In this document: piece after piece, positions 48,930-57,257 of the stretch | How positions within the stretch are numbered: position 1 is the stretch's first letter | Layout of the letters: the number at the start of each line of letters is the position of its first letter | Source of the DNA: Trueperaceae bacterium | GTDB taxonomy: Bacteria; Deinococcota; Deinococci; Deinococcales; Trueperaceae | Assembly: GCA_965214405.1 (NCBI GenBank) | Contig: OZ243956.1 | Coordinates: 2,784,001-2,848,000 of the forward strand | Direction: 5' to 3' | DNA: 64,000 nt | Made by a program: the position numbers and the translations under genes | The notes under the pieces: generated by a model | What the model saw: the letters and a program-made list of their open reading frames with translations, nothing else | Told to the model about the DNA's origin: nothing | Databases searched by the model: none

Positions 48930-50240
48930 TTAAAGTTTTTCCGTGACTCCGGGCACGCCCAACTTGGCCTGCACCACCCGCTCGACGTACTCGGCCACCT
49001 TGGGCAGCGTCACGCGGCCCATCACCTCGTGCAAAAAGCCCGTCACGAGCACGTGCTCGGCGACTTCGGGCGGCAGGCCGCGGCTCATGAGGTAGAAGCG
49101 CTGGTCCTCGGGGACCGGGCCGGTCGTCGAGCCGTGCGAGCAGCGCACGTCGTTGGCGGCAATCTCCAACTGCGGGATGCTCACCGCCTCGGATTCTGCG
49201 TCGAGGAGCAAGTTACGGTTCGTCTGGTACGCGTCGGTTTTCTGCGCGCCCTCGTCCACCTGGATGATGCCCGAATAGACCGCCGTCGAGGCGTCGCGCA
49301 AGGCGCCCTTAAAGAGCAGGTCGCTGTGCGCGTGGTCCGCTGCGTGGTGCTGCACGGTGTACTGGTTATAGTGTTGGCCCTTGTCGGCAAAGTAGAGCCC
49401 GAGCATTTCCGAGTCCGCGCCGGGACCCGCCAACTCGCACTCGACTTCGGCCCGCGCCGCGTCCGCCCCGACGCTGACCGTAAGCGACTCTAAGCGGCTG
49501 TTGCGGTCTAGGTGCGCGCGCAGCTTGTTGATGTGGACCACGTCGCGGCTCCAGTTCTGGAGCGAAACGTAGCGCAGCCCCGCGCCGTCTTTGAGGATGA
49601 TTTCGGTTGCGCCCGAGACCACCAGGCGTTCGTCAAAGGATTCGCTGGTGTACTCGTCCAGATAGGTGACCTTGGCATTTACGTCCACCACAACGAGCGT
49701 ACGCGGGGTGATGAGGCCGCCGCGGTCGGCGGTGGTAAACGCGCCCAGGGGCAGCGCCACCTCGACGTTGCGGGGCACGTAAACGAAAGTGCCATTCTCC
49801 CACAAGGCTGAGTTGAGCGCGGTGTATTTCGTCTGGGTCGCGTTGACCGTGCTGTAAAGATGTTCGCGCACCAAATCTTCGTGCTCACGGAGCGCGGTGC
49901 GGAGGTCGGTGAAAATGACGCCCGCCTCGGTGATTTTCGAGTCGCGGTAGACGACTTCGGGACCCTTGTGGACAAGCACGCCCTCGGCGTCGGAGTCGGT
50001 GATGCGCATCTGAATGCGGTTTGACACCTCGCGGCTGCGGGGCTCTTTCACGAGTTCTAAGCCGTTTATGCCAAAGCGCTCCAACTGGCTGTAGCGCCAA
50101 ACCTCGTCGCGGTTGGTGGGGGCGGGCAACGCTTCAAAAGAGCGCAACGCCGCGCGCCGCTCTTCAGCGAGCCAGTCGGGCTCGTCATATTTTTGGATGA
50201 TGGCCTCGAGCGCCTCGAGGTAAACCTGCGTTGTAATCAT
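48930..50240 (-). CDS. sufD: Fe-S cluster assembly protein SufD
   Basis: EVWRYS, AQKTDAYQTNRNLLL, PQLEIAANDVRCSHGST and FYLMSRG. Confidence 0.93.
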   Translation of the reverse strand: MITTQVYLEALEAIIQKYDEPDWLAEERRAALRSFEALPAPTNRDEVWRYSQLERFGINGLELVKEPRSREVSNRIQMRITDSDAEGVLVHKGPEVVYRDSKITEAGVIFTDLRTALREHEDLVREHLYSTVNATQTKYTALNSALWENGTFVYVPRNVEVALPLGAFTTADRGGLITPRTLVVVDVNAKVTYLDEYTSESFDERLVVSGATEIILKDGAGLRYVSLQNWSRDVVHINKLRAHLDRNSRLESLTVSVGADAARAEVECELAGPGADSEMLGLYFADKGQHYNQYTVQHHAADHAHSDLLFKGALRDASTAVYSGIIQVDEGAQKTDAYQTNRNLLLDAESEAVSIPQLEIAANDVRCSHGSTTGPVPEDQRFYLMSRGLPPEVAEHVLVTGFLHEVMGRVTLPKVAEYVERVVQAKLGVPGVTEKL

Positions 50241-50267
50241 GTTACGTCTCCTGTTGAAAAGCGCGTA

Positions 50268-50591
50268 CTAAAATCTGTCGTCCCGGTAGTTGGGTGCTCG
50301 GCTGGTGTGAGCAACCGCTAAAACGAAAAGCAGTTCCTCGGTCAGGACGTACAGAACAGCGTAAGGGAAGTGGGGGAGCAGTCGGCGGCGGACGCCCTTC
50401 GGGCTAACGGTGGGCGCGGCTTCGGGGAACTCGAGCAGCAGGTCCAGAGTGACGTTCAGCTCCGCGCGAAACGCTTCCCCCAAGCCCGCACGCTGCATGT
50501 CTAAGTAGGCTTCAATCTCGAGCGTTTCTTCTAACGCGGCCTCGGTGTAAGCTTCACGGTAGGGTCCGGCCACGCTTGCGAGCTTCCTCAC
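50268..50591 (-). CDS. RelE/ParE family toxin; 5' end uncertain, possibly frameshifted
   Basis: AGLGEAF and RRRLLPHFPYAVLY..VLAVAHTSR; the GTGA-coupled start at 50557 is out of frame. Confidence 0.7.
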   Translation of the reverse strand: MRKLASVAGPYREAYTEAALEETLEIEAYLDMQRAGLGEAFRAELNVTLDLLLEFPEAAPTVSPKGVRRRLLPHFPYAVLYVLTEELLFVLAVAHTSRAPNYRDDRF

Positions 50592-50775
50592 CAGGAATAA
50601 CGTTCATCTCGCCCCGCTCGGTCAGACGGAGCCGCCGTTCGGCCTCCTCAACCCAGAGTGCGGCAACTTCTTCTTTAGAGGGCTGCTCGAGCGTTTTCAG
50701 CAACGCTTCCGCCAAAGCCGCCCGTTCCCTGAGGCTCAAAGTTAGAGCTTGTGTTTTGACTTCCTCAAAGCTCAT
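50554..50775 (-). CDS. Addiction-module antitoxin (TIGR02574-like)
   Basis: ALTLSLRERAALAEALL..WVEEAERR..IPGEE. Confidence 0.85.
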   Translation of the reverse strand: MSFEEVKTQALTLSLRERAALAEALLKTLEQPSKEEVAALWVEEAERRLRLTERGEMNVIPGEEARKRGRTLP

Positions 50776-50810
50776 GGGTCTGATTCAAAACTTCTCGCGT
50801 AACCGCGCCT

Positions 50811-51302
50811 CTACTCTTTCTCGGTGATGAGGCTGAAGTCGCCGACGAAGTCACCGTCACGCCTCAGGGTAAGACCGCCTCCAAAAAGGTTGCCACTGCC
50901 GTAAGTGAGAGTGGTGCTCGCTGTGTAATCTGGGGCGGCAACAAAATCCATTGTCAAATCGGCGTCATATCTTCCAGCAAGTTCCGACTCTGACGTCGTC
51001 CTTAACGTGCCGCTTATGACGCCCGTATCATCTTCGAAATCAAAGTCATTGTCGTTGGTCATCGTGCCTGATATCTGCCCGTTCGTCACGGTAAAGGTGG
51101 TTAAGCCGTTGAAAAAGACGTCGTTGGTCTCGTCGTTTATCTGGTAGGTGCCGTTGTAGGTCCCGTTCAAGTCTGCTAAAGAACCGCTAGGAAGGTTGCC
51201 ACCGCCGCCACCACCCGGCGCCGTGTTTCCACCGCAAGCCGTCAAAAATACTGCGGTTAAACCTAAAAGTGCTGCGCGTTTGAAAAAGCTAAATGTCTTC
51301 AT
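50811..51302 (-). CDS. Hypothetical lipoprotein, beta-rich
   Basis: FLTA-C lipobox, Gly linker and RBS GGAAGG. Confidence 0.8.
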   Translation of the reverse strand: MKTFSFFKRAALLGLTAVFLTACGGNTAPGGGGGGNLPSGSLADLNGTYNGTYQINDETNDVFFNGLTTFTVTNGQISGTMTNDNDFDFEDDTGVISGTLRTTSESELAGRYDADLTMDFVAAPDYTASTTLTYGSGNLFGGGLTLRRDGDFVGDFSLITEKE

Positions 51303-51354
51303 GAGTCACCTTCCTTTTCGTCTCGAGTTCTATCACACTGAATGAGGTGCTTAA

Positions 51355-51609
51355 TCATTTATAAGCATCCTTTCTGTGAGCCACGCGCAGAATGCTGATG
51401 ACGCGCGCTTCTGTGTCGATCTCGTAAATGATTCTATAACTTCCTACGCGTACTCGGTACACTTCTTCGCCTTTGAGCTTCACCACACCCTGTTTAAGGG
51501 GATTCTCAGCCAAGCCCTCGAGGGTTGCCACAACCCTTTTCTGCGCCTCCTGATTCAAGCTCCGCAGCTCTTTCTCCACTTAGAGATAGAAGCGTACGTG
51601 ATAGCTCAC
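51355..51609 (-). pseudogene. RelE/StbE toxin with a TAA at codon 10
   Basis: GTGA-coupled start gives MSYHVRFYL*VEKELRSL; downstream KLKG..YRVRVGSYRIIY..VAHRKDAY; TAA at 51580-82. Confidence 0.8.
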
Positions 51610-51812
51610 CAGTCAAGACGCTTTTTCATCTCTTCTAACGAGATGAATTCTCCGTCCTCGCTTCGGCGCTGCTTGATGATGTCCATGTCCTGAGCGTCAA
51701 GCGCCCTATCTAAAAGCTCTTCGTACGCCTCGAGAGAAAGCACGACGTGCGTGCGTCTACCCTGCGCGTCGGTGAGGTATTGGGGGTCAGGTGTGATGAG
51801 CGCGTCTGCCAT
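51606..51812 (-). CDS. Antitoxin upstream of relE
   Basis: QYLTDAQGRRTHVVLSLEAYEELL..EFISLEEMK; stop overlaps the toxin start. Confidence 0.8.
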   Translation of the reverse strand: MADALITPDPQYLTDAQGRRTHVVLSLEAYEELLDRALDAQDMDIIKQRRSEDGEFISLEEMKKRLDW

Positions 51813-51878
51813 AAATCCTCGCTAGAAGAAAGGGAAGCGTAGAGAAGTGGAGTTCCCTCACGCTCCCCCTACCCAATT

Positions 51879-53288
51879 TTAGCCGACGCTTCCTTCCATC
51901 TCGAGCTCAATCAAGCGGTTGAGTTCAACCGCGTACTCTAACGGCAACTCTTTGGCAACCGGCTCCAAAAAGCCGCGCACGATCAGCGCCGCCGCCTCAG
52001 CCTCTTCTAGCCCGCGCGACTGCAAGTAGAAAATCTGCTCGTCGTTGAGTTTGCTAACAGTCGCCTCGTGACCGACGTGCGCGCTCTTCTCGTTGATTTC
52101 GATGTAGGGATAGGTGTCGGTTTTGGCGCGTTCATCAAGCAGCAGCGCGTCGCATTCGACGTTGCTGCGGGCGTTCTCAGCGCCCTCGTGGATTTGCACG
52201 AGGCCGCGGTACGAGCTTCTGCCGCCGTCTTTGGAAATCGACTTGGAGACGATGGACGAACTCGTGTTGGGGGCCGCGTGAACCATCTTCGCGCCCGCGT
52301 CCTGGTGCTGGCCCTTGCCCGCAAAGGCAATCGACAAGACCTCGCCGCGCGCGCCCTCCTCCATGAGGTAGCACGAGGGGTATTTCATCGTGATTTTCGA
52401 GCCCAAGTTGCCGTCCAACCAGCCCATCGAGGCGTTGCGGTGGACTATCGCGCGTTGGGTGACGAGGTTGTAAACGTTGTGCGACCAGTTCTGGATGGTC
52501 GAGTAGCGGACCTTCGAGTCGGCCTTGCAGATAATCTCGATCACGCCCGAGTGAAATGAATCACTGTTGTAGGTCGGCGCGGTGCAGCCCTCGATGTAGT
52601 GAAACTTCGAGCCTTCCTCGCCGATGATGAGCGTGCGCTCGAACTGGCCCATGCTCTGCGCGTTGATTAAAAAGTAGGCCTGTAAGGGCACTTCAATCTC
52701 GACACCTGCAGGCACATACACGAACGAGCCGCCCGACCACGCCGCCGAGTTGACCGCGGCGAAGTAGTTGTCCTCGGGGGGCACGACGGTGGCGAAGTAT
52801 TCTTTGAAAAGCTCCGGGTACTTCTGCAAGCCGCTGTCGGTGTCGACAAAGATAACGCCCAACTTTTCCCACTCTTCTTTGAGCGAGTGGTAGACCATCT
52901 CCGACTCGTACTGCGCGCCCACGCCCGCCAGGGCTTTTTGTTCGGCCTCGGGAATCCCTAAGCGGCGGTAGGTCTCGCGGACCTCCTCGGGGACGTCGTC
53001 CCAGGAGTTCGTGCCCTTGCGGTCTTGCGGGCGGATATAAAAGTAGATGTCGTCGAAGTCGAGTTTGTTAAGGTCGGGTCCCCACTTGGGGCGGCCTTTT
53101 TTCTCGGCAATCTCGAGCGCCTTGAGGCGAAACTTGAGCATCCACTCGGGTTCGTTCTTGTGGTACGAAATCTGTTCGATAACCTGCTTGGTGAGGCCCT
53201 TTTCAGACCGGAAAAAGTAGTTCTCGGGTAGCGCGAAGTCGTACTGCCGCTCGTGCTGCATTCCCTGCAAATTAGCTGCGTCTGACAT
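51879..53288 (-). CDS. sufB: Fe-S cluster assembly protein SufB (start ATG 53288)
   Basis: [36 protein letters not shown] and HEATVSK. Confidence 0.96.
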   Translation of the reverse strand: MSDAANLQGMQHERQYDFALPENYFFRSEKGLTKQVIEQISYHKNEPEWMLKFRLKALEIAEKKGRPKWGPDLNKLDFDDIYFYIRPQDRKGTNSWDDVPEEVRETYRRLGIPEAEQKALAGVGAQYESEMVYHSLKEEWEKLGVIFVDTDSGLQKYPELFKEYFATVVPPEDNYFAAVNSAAWSGGSFVYVPAGVEIEVPLQAYFLINAQSMGQFERTLIIGEEGSKFHYIEGCTAPTYNSDSFHSGVIEIICKADSKVRYSTIQNWSHNVYNLVTQRAIVHRNASMGWLDGNLGSKITMKYPSCYLMEEGARGEVLSIAFAGKGQHQDAGAKMVHAAPNTSSSIVSKSISKDGGRSSYRGLVQIHEGAENARSNVECDALLLDERAKTDTYPYIEINEKSAHVGHEATVSKLNDEQIFYLQSRGLEEAEAAALIVRGFLEPVAKELPLEYAVELNRLIELEMEGSVG

Positions 53289-53311
53289 AACTTCCTCTCT
53301 TAACTTGAAGA

Positions 53312-54223
53312 TTACTTGGAGATAACGAAAGCCAAAAGGCTCCCGTCGGGGCTTACGGCAAGGCGGTTGATACCGCTCACGTCGGTTTCGCCAAAGTCGA
53401 GAAAGGGTTCCCAGCCTTCTTGCCCCTCTTGCCAATGGTAAATGACGTCTTCCTGCGCGGCGATGAGGCTGCCGTCCGGCATCCAGGCGTGCGCGTCCAC
53501 GTCCGGCAAGGTTGTGGCGAGCTGACGCGTTTCCCCGCTCTCGAGGTCGAAAACCATAATGGCCGAGCTTTCGTCCTCGAGCCGCTGCACAAAGCTAACC
53601 GCTGCTTGGTTCGGGACTTTTTGCACACCCACGCCCACGTCACTGGCGAGCTGTTGCGTCTCGCCCGTGGCAAGGTCGGTGAGGTCGAGGCTGAGCGGCA
53701 AGCCGTTCGTTTCTTCGTCGACGCGCACGAGCGCTAAGTTGTCGGGGTCTACGAAAGCGTAGTAGCCGATGCGGTCAACGTTCTCGGGGTTGGGCTGAGC
53801 GTCGCCCCCCTCGAGGTCGAACCGCCAGAGGCGCTGGGTCACGCCGTCCGCTTCGATGCGCACCGCCGTAATGTGTTCACCGTCCGGGGTGACTTGGGGT
53901 GAGAACTCGCTCTCTTGCGTCTCGGTCACCCGCGCGGCTTCGCCGGAAGCCACCTCGTAGCGGTAGATGTCTGTCTGGCCCGTCTCGTCCTCCGAAACGT
54001 AGAGGATAGCCGTGCTGTCCGGCACGAACGAGGGTTGGTTGTCGTAGGTGTCGTTGTTCGTCAAGTAGGTGACGTCGTCCGCCGATACGGTCGTCGGTGC
54101 GTCACCCTCAACAGGGAGCGGCACCAAAAGAACGTCCGTCGAGGGCGCTTGCGCGGCGGCTCCTGCAACGAGCGCAACTACCACGGTCATAACTACCAAG
54201 CAAACTGTTTTAGAGCGTTTCAT
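53312..54223 (-). CDS. Secreted TolB-like (PD40) beta-propeller protein
   Basis: Signal peptide; [19 protein letters not shown] and LAVSPDG; RBS GGGAGG. Confidence 0.85.
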   Translation of the reverse strand: MKRSKTVCLVVMTVVVALVAGAAAQAPSTDVLLVPLPVEGDAPTTVSADDVTYLTNNDTYDNQPSFVPDSTAILYVSEDETGQTDIYRYEVASGEAARVTETQESEFSPQVTPDGEHITAVRIEADGVTQRLWRFDLEGGDAQPNPENVDRIGYYAFVDPDNLALVRVDEETNGLPLSLDLTDLATGETQQLASDVGVGVQKVPNQAAVSFVQRLEDESSAIMVFDLESGETRQLATTLPDVDAHAWMPDGSLIAAQEDVIYHWQEGQEGWEPFLDFGETDVSGINRLAVSPDGSLLAFVISK

Positions 54224-54245
54224 GTCGTCCTCCCGGTTGCCCAAC

Positions 54246-55016
54246 CTACGCGGCGACCTCTTCGCGGAGCCAGTCATAACCCTTCTGGTCAAGCTCCATC
54301 GCCAACTCCTTGGGGCCTTCTTTAATAATTTTACCCCGGTACATCACGTGAACTTTGTCGGGCACGATGTAGTTTAGGAGCCGCTGGTAGTGGGTGATGA
54401 CGAGCGCGCCGAAGTTGGGGCCGCGCGCGGCGTTCACGCCCTGCGACACGGTTTTTAAGGCGTCGACGTCCAAGCCGGAGTCGGTCTCGTCAAGGATGGC
54501 GTATCTGGGCTCTAAAACGAGAAGCTGCAACACCTCGGAACGCTTCTTTTCACCGCCCGAAAACCCCTCGTTAAGATAACGCTCAACGATGTTTTCGTCC
54601 CATTGAAGCGTCTTGATGCCGTCTTGAATCTTCGTGTAAAGCTCCATCACCCCGACCTCGTCGCCCTCGTCGCGGCGGGCGTTGACGGCCAATCTTAAAA
54701 AGTTCGCCATCGAGACGCCGGGCACCTCGACGGGGTACTGAAAGGCCAAATAGAGGCCCGCGCGGGCGCGCTCGTCGGGTTCCATCTCCATCACGTTTTC
54801 GCCGTCCACCAAAATCTCGCCGCCCGTCACCTCATACGCGGGGTCGCCCGCGATAACCTTGGCGAGCGTGGACTTGCCCGAGCCGTTGGGTCCCATCAGC
54901 GCGTGGATCTCGCCGCGCGGCACAACCAAGTCGACGCCGCGGAGGATGGGTTCGCCCGCGATGTTGGCGTGTAAGTCTCTTATTTCTAACTTGTTACTTA
55001 TCGAATTGTCACTCAT
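54246..55016 (-). CDS. sufC: Fe-S cluster assembly ATPase SufC
   Basis: MGPNGSGKST, AFQYPVEVPG, NEGFSGGEKKR, LDETDSGLD and ITHYQRLL. Confidence 0.96.
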   Translation of the reverse strand: MSDNSISNKLEIRDLHANIAGEPILRGVDLVVPRGEIHALMGPNGSGKSTLAKVIAGDPAYEVTGGEILVDGENVMEMEPDERARAGLYLAFQYPVEVPGVSMANFLRLAVNARRDEGDEVGVMELYTKIQDGIKTLQWDENIVERYLNEGFSGGEKKRSEVLQLLVLEPRYAILDETDSGLDVDALKTVSQGVNAARGPNFGALVITHYQRLLNYIVPDKVHVMYRGKIIKEGPKELAMELDQKGYDWLREEVAA

Positions 55017-55109
55017 CAAATACCTCACCCACTTGTATGTTGTTCCGTCAAGGATTCGTGCAAGGGTGTGTAAGCTGCCACACCCTTTTTAGGACTCATT
55101 CCGACTTTC

Positions 55110-55156
55110 AGTATACACGGTTTTGGGGAATAATGTCGAGTTCCACACTCGGATTT
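55110..55156 (-). promoter_or_regulatory. suf promoter (TCGACA-18-TATACT) with an IscR/Rrf2-like inverted repeat over the -35
   Basis: AATGTCGAGT-N5-ACTCGGATTT at 55132-55156. Confidence 0.55.
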
Positions 55157-55320
55157 CGGACGGTGACTTAGGTGTTCCAAAGTTTTCTGATACCTCGGTG
55201 CTGCACTACAAAAGACGCTCGAGCACAGGCTCGAGCTCCCAAGTCCTCTTCTGGCAAAGAAGCTTAAACTCTACGTCGTGGGTTGTTCGACCAAGGCACC
55301 TCAATCAGGTGCGTAACAGT

Positions 55321-56283
55321 TTACGATTTCCTCCACCCGAACAGGCGCGCGAACCCCCGCCGCGTCTCCTTTTCTGTTTCTTTATTTTCCTGAACCACGC
55401 GGCTCGAGCGGCCAACCGCGGGCGCGGCTTTTTGAGCGGGCGCGAACTCTTCAGCCGAAGAGGCGCGGCCTCTAATCTTTTCAAAGTCGGCGATGAACGC
55501 GTCCACGCTCGCGTAACGTTTGCCGGGGTCGCGCGACATCGCCTGCGCGACCACCTTAGCCGCGCCGCTCCCGACGCCCTTGCGGTGGTGCGCGAGCGGC
55601 TTGGGCAAGCCCGAAAGGTGCGCCATCATGAGCGCGTCATATGAGTCGCCGTGAAAGGGCCGCGTCCCGGCGAGCACTTCGTACGCGAGGATGCCCAGAC
55701 TGTAAACGTCGGAGCGTACGGACGGGCCTTCACCCCTGAAAATCTCCGGGGCCATGTAAAACGCGGTGCCGACGCGTTCGGGGGACGCGTCGGCCATAAA
55801 CATGCCCGTGCCGAAGTCGCCGAGTTTGGCGTGACAGCGCTCTCCCGAATCACCCAAAAAGACGTTGGCGGGTTTGACGTCGCGGTGCAGCACGCCGCGT
55901 GTGTGGCTGTAGGCGAGCCCGCGCGCTACGTCTAGGACGAGGTTGCAGGCGCGCTCGAGCGGCAACAGCCCGCGCTCGAGCAACAACCCGTCTAGGGTGC
56001 CGCCCTCGCAATACTCGAGCACCAAGTAAGCCTGTTCACCCGTGGGATAACCGTCGATACCGCTCACGACGTTTTTATGTTTGAGGTTGAGCGTAATTTG
56101 TACCTCGTTCTCAAACATCCGCCACAACACCGGCTGCGTCTTGAGGTCGCTACGCGGGAGCTTGAGCGCCACTTCTTTGTGCCGCGGGTGCCGGGCTAAA
56201 TACACGTGCGAGGTCTGGCCGGACCCCAGCCGCTGCTCGACCTGGTAGTCGGGGGGGGTGTAGCTGGACAGGGTAGGGGACAT
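55321..56283 (-). CDS. Hanks-type Ser/Thr protein kinase, cytoplasmic
   Basis: LGSGQTS, VALK, HRDVKPAN, DFG, GTAFYMAPE and SDVYSLG; leaderless start at 56283. Confidence 0.93.
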   Translation of the reverse strand: MSPTLSSYTPPDYQVEQRLGSGQTSHVYLARHPRHKEVALKLPRSDLKTQPVLWRMFENEVQITLNLKHKNVVSGIDGYPTGEQAYLVLEYCEGGTLDGLLLERGLLPLERACNLVLDVARGLAYSHTRGVLHRDVKPANVFLGDSGERCHAKLGDFGTGMFMADASPERVGTAFYMAPEIFRGEGPSVRSDVYSLGILAYEVLAGTRPFHGDSYDALMMAHLSGLPKPLAHHRKGVGSGAAKVVAQAMSRDPGKRYASVDAFIADFEKIRGRASSAEEFAPAQKAAPAVGRSSRVVQENKETEKETRRGFARLFGWRKS

Positions 56284-56312
56284 AGAGCCCAGTCTAAACC
56301 AAAGCGCTCCGT

Positions 56313-56987
56313 TCAAACGTCAAAGGTTTCACCCGGAGCGAGCACCGTACACGCGCTCCCCGTTTCTTGCTCGACCGTTTTTTTGAACGCCTCCGGGTCC
56401 TGCTGGATGACTTCAAAGGTGTTGTAGTGCATGGGGATGACCCTTTTGGGCTTCAAAAGCTTCACGGCTTCTACAGCGTCGGCGGGACCCATCGTGAAGT
56501 TGTCGCCAATGGGCAACATCGCCAGGTCGAGTCCGCCCCGCCCGATGAGCTTCATGTCGCTAAAGAGCGCGGTGTCGCCCGCGTGGTAGAGGCGCTTGCC
56601 CTCGATGTCTAACACGATGCCCATCGGCATCCCGCCGTAGGTGCCGTCGGGAAAAGAGCTCGAGTGCCACGCCGGGGTAAAGGTCACCTTACCGAAGTCG
56701 AAGGTATGGCTGCCGCCGGGGTTCATCGGGTGGCCCTTGATATCCTTTTTGCCCACGTAGTTGACGATCTCAAAGCTCGAGACGACCACCGCGCCGCTCC
56801 TTTTGGCAATCGCCTCGGTGTCGCCGTAATGGTCGCCGTGCGCGTGACTCAAGAGGATGTGCGAGGGCGAAAACTCTTCGGGCTTATTTTTGGCAAGCTC
56901 GTTACCGCTCAGAAAGGGGTCGATAAGGATGTCGTGACCATCTGTATGGATATGGAAGCCGGATTGACCTAAGTAGGTGAGTTTCAT
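56313..56987 (-). CDS. UPF0173-type metal-dependent hydrolase (MBL fold)
   Basis: IDPF, SHAHGDH, HAGDT, LPIGDNFTMG and PMHYNTF. Confidence 0.93.
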   Translation of the reverse strand: MKLTYLGQSGFHIHTDGHDILIDPFLSGNELAKNKPEEFSPSHILLSHAHGDHYGDTEAIAKRSGAVVVSSFEIVNYVGKKDIKGHPMNPGGSHTFDFGKVTFTPAWHSSSFPDGTYGGMPMGIVLDIEGKRLYHAGDTALFSDMKLIGRGGLDLAMLPIGDNFTMGPADAVEAVKLLKPKRVIPMHYNTFEVIQQDPEAFKKTVEQETGSACTVLAPGETFDV

Positions 56988-57051
56988 CGGGGTCTCCTAA
57001 AGGTAAGCGTGAGAGTTTAAGGGTGTCGGCGTGTCACGCGAAAGAGCAGTC

Positions 57052-57210
57052 TCACCAGTCTCGCCTGTGCCTGAGTCGCCGCTCCTGGTCAATACGTTTT
57101 AAGAGTCGTTCTGCGGGCGGCGTGGCTTCTTCTAGCCGTTCCTGACGCTCCGCGCGCTTTTCGGCGCGGCGCTTGGTCTGCTTCACGCGTCTTTTGCTCT
57201 TCTTGGGCAT
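57052..57210 (-). CDS. Small highly basic protein (52 aa), below the ORF-track cutoff
   Basis: MPKKSKRRVKQTKRRAEKRAERQERLEE...RHRRDW; TACCAT-N6-ATG leaderless promoter; fills the gap. Confidence 0.65.
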   Translation of the reverse strand: MPKKSKRRVKQTKRRAEKRAERQERLEEATPPAERLLKRIDQERRLRHRRDW

Positions 57211-57257
57211 TGTTTTATGGTAACGAGGCGGTGCGGGGGATGATGTAAGCGAAGGTG

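Noticed and set aside
48930..54246. Integron-like cassette array within the suf operon
   Set aside because: No integrase, and no attC-like or other repeated sequence at the passenger gene boundaries
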